NCBI GenBank assembly: GCA_965279515.1
Contig: CBDIID010000003.1
Location: forward strand, 2,080,001 to 2,144,000
Length of the DNA: 64,000 bases
Source: Turneriella sp.
GTDB lineage: Bacteria > Spirochaetota > Leptospiria > Turneriellales > Turneriellaceae
Direction: 5' to 3'
Positions 57,168 through 64,000 of the stretch are shown one piece after another; within the stretch, counting starts at the first letter, position 1, and each line of letters starts with the position of its first letter. Both the position numbers and the translations under genes were made by a program. The notes below the pieces were generated by a model. The model ran no database searches. It was not told the DNA's origin and saw only the letters and a program-made list of their open reading frames with translations.

Positions 57168-58385
57168 TTACACCTGCGGATGCAACTGGTGCCACGTTGT
57201 GGCATGCTGAATAACCTCTGCAACCTGTAATAATTTGCCATCGTCGCCCTGCCTGCCGACAATCTGCAGGCCTACAGGCAATCCCTTCGCGTCCAATCCG
57301 CAGGGAATGGAAATCGCGGGCAGACCGAAATAATTGGCGAAAAAAGTATTCTGCGGCGAAAGCGCCTTCGGGTTTTTCTCCGCTTGAGCGAGAGTTAAAA
57401 CTCCATGAGCGAGCGTCGGCAGAACCAGCACATCGACATCGGCAAAGATTGCGGCATTCGCGGCTTCCCTGAATTTCTGTATCTGAAGCATATTGGGATT
57501 TTCTTCGAACGGCGCCAGCGTCTCCAAAGTGGGATATCCCACTTTTTGCAGGGCGGCAACCGCGGCGGCAAAGGGCTTGCGGACATCTTCGTCTGCGCCG
57601 AAATTTTTTACGATACCCAAACGCAGCGAGGAATCTAAGCGAACCTCGGCATCGGCGACGTATTTTGAACCGGTCAGCGCGTCGGCGACCAGCGTCACGC
57701 CGACGGCGTCGCGCGCCATGATGCCGACAGCCGCGAGTTGCAGAATGACCTCTTCTGCTTTTTCGCCGTCGAGAATGCCTGTATTGTCGATCAGACCCCA
57801 GGTGCACTTGTAACCGACGACACCACAGCATGCCGCGGGCAGGCGCGTCGAGCCAATGGCGTCGGTATCAACCGTCGCATAACACATACCCGCCGCGACG
57901 GCCGCGCCCGAACCACCCGATGAACCGCCGGCGATGTAATCGGTATTCCACGGGTTCTTCACCGCACCGAAAAAACTTTGCGCTGAAGTCGTGCCCATCG
58001 CCAGCTCGTGCATGTTGGTTTTACCGATGAGGATAGCCCCTGCAGCTTTGAGCTTTTGCACTGCCACGGCGTCCTTTTGCGGAATGCGATCTTTGAAATA
58101 TTGGAAGGCCGCCGTGGTCTTGACCCCCGCGGTGTCGTACATGTCTTTGAAAGCGATGGGAATACCATGCAGCGGCCCGCGGTAATTGCCCGCGGCGATT
58201 TCTTTCTCTGCCTCAAGTGCAGCCGCACGGGCCTTGCCCGGCAGCACTGTGATGAAGGCATTGAATTTCGCGTTCAATGCCTCGATGCGTTCGAGGCATG
58301 CTTCGGTTACCTCGACCGGAGATATTTTTCCGCTGCGGATAAGTTCCGCCGTTTCGTAGAGGGTGAGGCAATGCAGGTTTTTCAT
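57168..58385 (-). CDS. Amidase signature family enzyme
   Basis: GPLHGIPIAFKD, IGKTNMHE, NPWN, GGSSGGS, DTDAIGSTRLPA, GLPVGLQIVG. 405 aa, shorter than typical. Confidence 0.92.
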   Translation of the reverse strand: MKNLHCLTLYETAELIRSGKISPVEVTEACLERIEALNAKFNAFITVLPGKARAAALEAEKEIAAGNYRGPLHGIPIAFKDMYDTAGVKTTAAFQYFKDRIPQKDAVAVQKLKAAGAILIGKTNMHELAMGTTSAQSFFGAVKNPWNTDYIAGGSSGGSGAAVAAGMCYATVDTDAIGSTRLPAACCGVVGYKCTWGLIDNTGILDGEKAEEVILQLAAVGIMARDAVGVTLVADALTGSKYVADAEVRLDSSLRLGIVKNFGADEDVRKPFAAAVAALQKVGYPTLETLAPFEENPNMLQIQKFREAANAAIFADVDVLVLPTLAHGVLTLAQAEKNPKALSPQNTFFANYFGLPAISIPCGLDAKGLPVGLQIVGRQGDDGKLLQVAEVIQHATTWHQLHPQV

Positions 58386-58906
58386 TTTGTCACGGTCTTA
58401 CCACCGAGCATAGCATCGAGCCGCTTGTAGCTCGTCTCCATGCCGGTTTCCATGCCGGTCTGCATCACCATCTGGCGCACTTCGGCCGAAGGATAATGGC
58501 AGACCAGCGTCATCAGCGTCATGTCGCCATCGCTCGTCAGCACGAGGGTATTCAGCGCAGCGCCTGGATCTTCAGGCGCGTTCGCATTGAAGGCGACCAT
58601 GTCGGGGATGAAACTTTCTGTGTTCACGAGGCGCCCGGGCGCGGCGATCTCTTTGAATACCCCGTGCATTCCGAACGTGGCGCGCTCAGCATGTTTCCAT
58701 GAATAGAGGTACTTGCCGCCGACCTTGAGATCGACGTCGCAGCGGTCGAACTGCCAGCCGTCGGGGCCCAATAGCCAGCGGCGCATCAGCTCGGGTTTCG
58801 TGTGGCAGTCATAAACTAGTTCGCGCGGTGCGGCGAAGTGGCGCGTGAACACCACTTCGGTTTCGCCTTTCAGTTCGAGCTTCAGTTCTTTCTGCAGCGA
58901 AGTCAT
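58382..58906 (-). CDS. SRPBCC (Aha1/CalC-like) protein
   Basis: FTRHFAAPRELVYDCHTKPELMRRW, VDLKVGGKY, GMETSYKRLD. Confidence 0.92.
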   Translation of the reverse strand: MTSLQKELKLELKGETEVVFTRHFAAPRELVYDCHTKPELMRRWLLGPDGWQFDRCDVDLKVGGKYLYSWKHAERATFGMHGVFKEIAAPGRLVNTESFIPDMVAFNANAPEDPGAALNTLVLTSDGDMTLMTLVCHYPSAEVRQMVMQTGMETGMETSYKRLDAMLGGKTVTK

Positions 58907-59421
58907 ACAAGCTCCGCCAGTAATTTATCGAGTTCGCGGCAGCATTCTGCCATGCCATCGGGGCCCGCACCAGATTCAAGCACCATCTTGCGCACTTCGG
59001 CCGAAGCATATTTACACACATGTGTCATCAGGGTCGCATTGCCTTCAGTGGTAAACGTGCGCGATTCGACAGTAGCATTCGGGTCTTCGGGAGTATTCGG
59101 ATCGAAGGTAGACAAATCCATGGCGTAATTCTCGGTATTCGCGAACTTTTCAGGCACAACCACCTCTACGAATTTTCCATAAACGCCCATGGCGCCGCCT
59201 TTTGAGTCAACGTAGGCATATAGGTATTTGCCGCCCACTTTCAGGTTTTGCGCGCGTATATCAAGCGTCGTGCCAGGCGGACCGATCAGCCAGCGGCGCA
59301 TCAGCTCGGGTTTCGTATGGCAGTCGAATACCAGTTCGCGCGGCGCTTCGAAATAGCGCGTCACCACGACCTCGTTCTCGCCGCGCAGTTCTACCTTCAG
59401 TTCCTTTTGTTCTGTTTTCAT
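58903..59421 (-). CDS. SRPBCC (Aha1/CalC-like) protein, tandem paralog
   Basis: TRYFEAPRELVFDCHTKPELMRRW. 29-bp DNA identity with its neighbour (59288-59316 vs 58773-58801). Confidence 0.92.
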   Translation of the reverse strand: MKTEQKELKVELRGENEVVVTRYFEAPRELVFDCHTKPELMRRWLIGPPGTTLDIRAQNLKVGGKYLYAYVDSKGGAMGVYGKFVEVVVPEKFANTENYAMDLSTFDPNTPEDPNATVESRTFTTEGNATLMTHVCKYASAEVRKMVLESGAGPDGMAECCRELDKLLAELV

Positions 59422-59834
59422 TTTGTTCCTCTCTTTTTATTTTGCTTCGATTTTATTTTTTTTAAATTTTCTTCCACGCGGAATTTCACCATCTTTTCGA
59501 TCAGCTTAAGCGGCATCTTTTCATCTAACGGAAACTGCACCGAGCCCTTGCCGACCTTGTACTTTGCTAGTGCCTTGTCGAATTCGTTATGCCCGCTGGG
59601 CGTGGCATAGAAGCCGATATGGTTTTTATAACCCGCGAAATAGACGAGGATGCCATGCAGTTCAAAGGCAGGCATCGCATAACTGATTTTTTCGATGGCC
59701 TGGGGAGCAGCCCGCTTCACCGCGGCGCGTACCTGCTGCAAAATTTTTTTCGTTTCGGCCGGGAATTTCTGTATATAGGCGTCGACAGAAGCGGGAATTT
59801 CCCCGCTCGCCTTACTATTTGCCTTTGGTTTCAT
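59418..59834 (-). CDS. DUF1801/YdhG-like (iron-chaperone-family) protein
   Basis: VDAYI, EKISYAMPAF, VYFAGYKNHIGFY, KGSVQFPLD. Confidence 0.9.
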   Translation of the reverse strand: MKPKANSKASGEIPASVDAYIQKFPAETKKILQQVRAAVKRAAPQAIEKISYAMPAFELHGILVYFAGYKNHIGFYATPSGHNEFDKALAKYKVGKGSVQFPLDEKMPLKLIEKMVKFRVEENLKKIKSKQNKKRGTK

Positions 59835-60162
59835 TTTTATCCTTCAGCGCCTTGAGTTCTTCCAGGACCGCATCGAGCGCCTTGTAGCGTTTTTCCCAAA
59901 ACCGCCGGTATTTCTCGAGCCAATGCGTTGCATCGGCGAGCGGCTGCGCCTCTAGCTTGCGCATGCGCTTCTGCGCCACTATAGTTGTCGAAACAAGCCC
60001 GGCCTCTTCGAGCACCTTGAGGTGGCGCGAGATGGCGGGCTGGCTCATCTTGAAGGGTTTCACCAGTTCATTCACGGATTTTTGCCCCTGGGCAAGACGC
60101 ATGAGTATGGCCCGCCGGGTCGGGTCAGAAAGGGCTGCAAAAGTGGCGTCGAGGGCTTTCAT
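59815..60162 (-). CDS. ArsR/SmtB-family transcriptional regulator
   Basis: LDATFAALSDPTRRAIL, SQPAISRHLKVLEEAGLV, WLEKYRRFW. No Cys metal site. Confidence 0.93.
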   Translation of the reverse strand: MKALDATFAALSDPTRRAILMRLAQGQKSVNELVKPFKMSQPAISRHLKVLEEAGLVSTTIVAQKRMRKLEAQPLADATHWLEKYRRFWEKRYKALDAVLEELKALKDKNETKGK

Positions 60163-60166
60163 TTAA

Positions 60167-60215
60167 TTACCAATTGGTTATATAACCATACACGCATATA
60201 CAAGCAGATTGTCAA
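60167..60215 (-). promoter_or_regulatory. ArsR operon promoter/operator: TTGACA -35 and overlapping palindromes
   Basis: TTGACA (60215-60210), perfect palindrome TGGTTATATAACCA (60175-60188) overlapping ACCAATTGGT (60169-60178). Confidence 0.65.
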
Positions 60216-60236
60216 GCAGTTGAAATCAAAAGGCAA

Positions 60237-60251
60237 TGGCACCTGTTGTGC
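60237..60251 (+). promoter_or_regulatory. Putative sigma54 promoter upstream of the PAS kinase, inside a 10-bp inverted repeat
   Basis: TGGCAC-CTGTT-GTGC (GG-N10-GC), flanked by AAAAGGCAAT (60228-37) and ATTGCCTTTT (60257-66). Confidence 0.4.
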
Positions 60252-60400
60252 GCGGGATTGCCTTTTCTGGTATGCAGCATGGAATCTGGTTATGCCATAG
60301 CGTGAATCCTCCGATTTTGCTGCGTTTTTCTGTAGCTATCTTTTCAAAGTCGCCGGCTTTAAACAAAAATTTTTCCTTTAACGCGAACGTGTATGGCTGC

Positions 60401-63400
60401 ATGCGCGCGGGAGGCCGATTGAATTCACAAATACTCAAAGCCGAGGCATTACAGGCGGCAATCCTCAACAGTAGTCATTTCTCAAGCATCGCCACCGATG
60501 CCAAAGGTGTCATCCAGGTCTTCAATGTCGGCGCCGAGCACATGCTGGGTTACCGCAGCGAAGACGTCGTCGACAAGATGACGCCTGCCGAGCTCTCTGA
60601 TCCGCAGGAAATCCGCGCCCGCGCCGGGGCGCTGAGCCGCGAATTCGGTACCACGATTACAGCGGGATTCGAAGCCCTGATCTATAAGGCAGCCCATGGC
60701 ATCGAAGATATCTACGAACTGACAAAAATCCGCAAAGACGGTAGCCGGTTTCCGGCAGTTGTTTCTGTTACGGCGCTGCGCGATGCGCAGGAAAACATCA
60801 TCGGTTACCTTCTGATCGGCACCGACAATACCGCGCACAAAACCGCCGAAAATGCCCTGCATGCAAGCGAAGCCCTTGGCGAAGCCATTATTGCCTCGGC
60901 GATGGATGCCATCATCTCTATCGATGGCGATTATAACATTTCTGTATTTAATCAGGCTGCAGAAAAAATGTTTGGTTATAGCGCCGCGCAGGTATGCGGA
61001 ACAGGCCTCGAAAGACTCATGCCATTGCGCTTTCGCGCAAAACATAACGACCATATCCGCGATTTTGCGCGGACCAAAACGACCGCACGGTCCATGGGGC
61101 ATCTGGGGAAAATCTACGGCCTGCGCGCTAATGGCGAGGAGTTCCCTATGGAAGTTGCCATTTCGCAGATGCAGCTCCATGGCAATAGAAAATTCACGGC
61201 CATTATCCGGGATACCACAGAACGCATCAAAACGGAGATGGAATTAGCCAAGACACAGGCCCGGTTTCAGGCGTTCTTTGACCTCGACCTGATCGGCATG
61301 GCAATATCGTCACCCGAAAGAAGATTGTTAAATGCAAACAGCCAGCTCTGCCGCATTCTCGGCTACGAGCGCGATGAGCTGATGGGCCTGACCTGGTCGC
61401 AGATGACTCATGCGGACGACCTTGCGGCCGACGAGGCTTTCTTTGAGCGTATGGGGCGTGAAGAAATCGACGCCTATTCCCGGGAAAAAAGGTTCGTCCG
61501 TAAAGACGGGAAAATCCTGCATGCAAAGATTTCCGTACGCTGCGTTAGGCTACCCGACGGCACGATTGATTACCTTTTGGGGCTGTTCGAAGATATCTCA
61601 CCGCGCATCGAAGCCGAATTGGCCCGGTATAAAGAGGCCGAACGCTTTGCGCAGGTGGTCGAAAACATCGGCGAAGTTTTCTGGCTGACCGACCTGGAAA
61701 AGAACCAGATGATTTACCTGAGCCCCCAGTATGAAAAAATCTGGGGAAGACCTGTAAGCAGTCTGTACGAGTCGCTCGAGTCATGGCCGGCAACACTCCA
61801 TGCCGAAGATCGCGCCAGGGTTATGGAAGCCAGGAAAGCGCAGATCGAAGGCACCTACAATATTGAATACAGAATACTGCGCCCCGACGGGGAAATCCGC
61901 TGGGTGCATGACAAGGCTTTTCCCGTCAGGGACGAGAACAACAAAATATACCGCATCGCTGGCGTTGTGGCTGATATAACAGACAGGTTACAGGCAGAAC
62001 ATGATCTGAAAGAGTCGGAGGCAGGATACCGCCGGCTCTTTGAGGCCGCCAAAGACGGTATCCTTATACTGAATGCCGACACCGGTGAAATCCAGGATGT
62101 CAATCCCTTCCTCGCAGATTTATTGGGGTATTCGCATGCGGATTTTATCGGTAAACAGCTTTGGCAAATCGGGGCATTCAAGGATATTCCGGCAAACAAG
62201 ACCAATCTCGCGGAACTGCAGCAGAACCGCTATATACGCTATGAAAACCTTCCCCTCAGAACCATAAAAGGTGATCACATCTTTGTCGAATTTGTCAGCA
62301 ACTCTTATGAAGTCAACGGTCGGCAGGTCATTCAATGTAATATAAGGGATATCAGCGAACGCCGCAAGGCGGCCACGGCCCTGCGCAAATCCACCGATTT
62401 ACTCAAGGCAGTCGTCGCCAATGCGCCCCTGCGCATCTTCTGGAAAGACCGTGATCTGAATTACCTGGGATGTAACCTGTTGTTTGCACAAGACGCCGGC
62501 GAAACAGATCTCGACCAGATCATCGGGAAATCAGATTTTGAAATGAGCTGGAAAGACCAGGCCACAGCGTACCGGGCCGACGACGAAGCGGTACTCGATT
62601 CCGGCAAACCCAAGCTGGCATTTGAAGAACGCCAGACCAAACAGGACGGCAGCAGTCTCTGGCTGAGAACCTCTAAAGTGCCGTTGCGGGATGAAAACGA
62701 TCACGTCATCGGTATCTTAGGTATCTACGAAGATATTACTGAAAGCAAGCGCGCGGTTGATGCGGTCAAGGAAAGCGAATCGCGGTTTCGGCAACTTGCG
62801 GAAACGATACAGGAAATTTTCTTCCTCACGGATCCGGAAATGACGCAGATCTTTTATGTCAGTCCCGCCTATACGACGATCACAGGGCGCAGCTGTGAAA
62901 GCCTCTATGCGAATCCGCAAAACTGGCTCACGGGAATTCATCCCGACGATATGCAGCGCGTTTTAGCCGCAGTTGCACCGGGAGGAAAACTAGTCGCTTC
63001 AGATGTGGATTTCCGCCTTAAGGACCTCGCCGGCCACGAACATGCGGTACGCGGCCGCGCTTTTCCGATACTCAACGCCGCGGGCGAAACCTATCGTTTC
63101 GCCGGCCTGATCGAGGATCAAACCCGCCAGAAACACGTCGAACTGCAATTACAGCAGGCGCAGAAAATGGAGGCAATCGGCAGGCTATCCGGGGGAATAG
63201 CGCATGACTTTAATAACCTGCTCACCGTCATTCTCGGCCATGCCTCCATACTGGAAACTCTCGACGAAAACCGGGAGGCTCAGGATTCTGTGGCTGAAAT
63301 CAGAAAAGCGGGGGAACGCGCGGCAGGCCTGACACGACAATTGCTGTTATTCTCGCGGCGCGAAAAACCGCATTTGATTCGTATCAACATAAACACTGCA

Positions 63401-64000
63401 ATTTTAGAAACCACTAAAATGTTGCTGCGCATACTGGGCGAGGACATCCTGCTGGATTTCAAGCCGCTGGCGAAACCCATCTATGTACAGGCCGATGCCG
63501 GTATGCTCGATCAGGTATTGGTGAATCTCGCAGTGAACGCCCGCGACGCCATGCCTAAGGGCGGCCGGCTGACCATCGAAACTGCCATCAGCGAAGTGGA
63601 CGCCGACATGCTGCAACATTCCAACCAGCTTGTCTCAGGCGCCTTTGCCGTACTCTCTGTCAGCGATTCCGGTTGCGGCATACCTGCAGAGATCTTACCT
63701 AAAATTTTTGAACCTTTTTTTACCACCAAGGATGTCGGCAAAGGCACCGGGCTGGGTCTTGCAACGGCATTCGGCATCGTGCAGCAGCACTCCGGGTGGA
63801 TCAAGGTGTATAGCGAGGTCGGATACGGTACAACGTTTCGCGTCTACCTGCCTGTCGATCAGTCGGATGCCGGCGAGCTGCCGGAAAAAAGCCCCCTGAA
63901 ATCGTTGGCCAGGGGAAGCGAAACGCTGCTCGTTGTCGAAGACGAATCCGGCATTCGCACGTTACTTGAAAAATCCCTGTCGGCCCTGGGGTATGAGGTA
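60401..64000 (+). CDS. Soluble multi-PAS hybrid histidine kinase (about 7 PAS/PAC, HisKA, HATPase, start of REC; 3' end outside window)
   Basis: Not in ORF track because there is no stop in the window. Start is ATG 60401 or TTG 60419 (after GGAGG). Repeated RKDG/RPDG PAC motifs, QAQKMEAIGRLSGGIAHDFNNLL, NLAVNARDAM, FEPFFTTK..GKGTGLGL, ETLLVVEDE. Confidence 0.93.
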   Translation, partial: MRAGGRLNSQILKAEALQAAILNSSHFSSIATDAKGVIQVFNVGAEHMLGYRSEDVVDKMTPAELSDPQEIRARAGALSREFGTTITAGFEALIYKAAHGIEDIYELTKIRKDGSRFPAVVSVTALRDAQENIIGYLLIGTDNTAHKTAENALHASEALGEAIIASAMDAIISIDGDYNISVFNQAAEKMFGYSAAQVCGTGLERLMPLRFRAKHNDHIRDFARTKTTARSMGHLGKIYGLRANGEEFPMEVAISQMQLHGNRKFTAIIRDTTERIKTEMELAKTQARFQAFFDLDLIGMAISSPERRLLNANSQLCRILGYERDELMGLTWSQMTHADDLAADEAFFERMGREEIDAYSREKRFVRKDGKILHAKISVRCVRLPDGTIDYLLGLFEDISPRIEAELARYKEAERFAQVVENIGEVFWLTDLEKNQMIYLSPQYEKIWGRPVSSLYESLESWPATLHAEDRARVMEARKAQIEGTYNIEYRILRPDGEIRWVHDKAFPVRDENNKIYRIAGVVADITDRLQAEHDLKESEAGYRRLFEAAKDGILILNADTGEIQDVNPFLADLLGYSHADFIGKQLWQIGAFKDIPANKTNLAELQQNRYIRYENLPLRTIKGDHIFVEFVSNSYEVNGRQVIQCNIRDISERRKAATALRKSTDLLKAVVANAPLRIFWKDRDLNYLGCNLLFAQDAGETDLDQIIGKSDFEMSWKDQATAYRADDEAVLDSGKPKLAFEERQTKQDGSSLWLRTSKVPLRDENDHVIGILGIYEDITESKRAVDAVKESESRFRQLAETIQEIFFLTDPEMTQIFYVSPAYTTITGRSCESLYANPQNWLTGIHPDDMQRVLAAVAPGGKLVASDVDFRLKDLAGHEHAVRGRAFPILNAAGETYRFAGLIEDQTRQKHVELQLQQAQKMEAIGRLSGGIAHDFNNLLTVILGHASILETLDENREAQDSVAEIRKAGERAAGLTRQLLLFSRREKPHLIRININTAILETTKMLLRILGEDILLDFKPLAKPIYVQADAGMLDQVLVNLAVNARDAMPKGGRLTIETAISEVDADMLQHSNQLVSGAFAVLSVSDSGCGIPAEILPKIFEPFFTTKDVGKGTGLGLATAFGIVQQHSGWIKVYSEVGYGTTFRVYLPVDQSDAGELPEKSPLKSLARGSETLLVVEDESGIRTLLEKSLSALGYEV

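Overview
Chromosomal window that looks like a saprophytic Leptospiraceae spirochaete (Turneriella-like). This is inferred from spirochaete-type lipoboxes, DUF1554/Len-type domains and gene content, not from a search. 1-19.9 kb is housekeeping and envelope genes: partial TolC-family gene, SDR, murF, DMT transporter, rfbA-C-D-B, orphan ccmC, mtnA, lysS, AsmA-like protein, hisZ, glyS and an OsmC-family gene. 20.5-27 kb is a lipid-scavenging cluster: FGGY kinase plus sphingosine-1-phosphate-lyase-like gene, NAPE-PLD-like MBL lipoprotein, and a lipase with its foldase. It contains a GC-rich REP/MITE-like element. 27-47 kb holds a CsgG/TolB_N-like + DUF5683-like gene followed by three tandem paralogous ~2000-2150 aa surface lipoproteins (Ig/Fn3 stalk, NHL propeller, three LamG domains, variable tip). 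They share a conserved post-lipobox motif and appear to have shuffled LamG modules. 47-64 kb has an Ntn acylase, ppa, ABC-F, a ferritin-like/MAPEG/SnoaL-GNAT cluster, a second CsgG/DUF5683-like gene preceded by an unannotated CARDB remnant, an ArsR-SRPBCC-amidase operon and a 7-PAS hybrid kinase running off the end. A (C)TTTACR hexamer recurs 27-30 nt before start codons with little or no SD, suggesting leaderless promoters with a non-canonical -10. No rRNA, tRNA, CRISPR, transposase, integrase or reverse transcriptase was seen. All family assignments come from motif recognition by eye.
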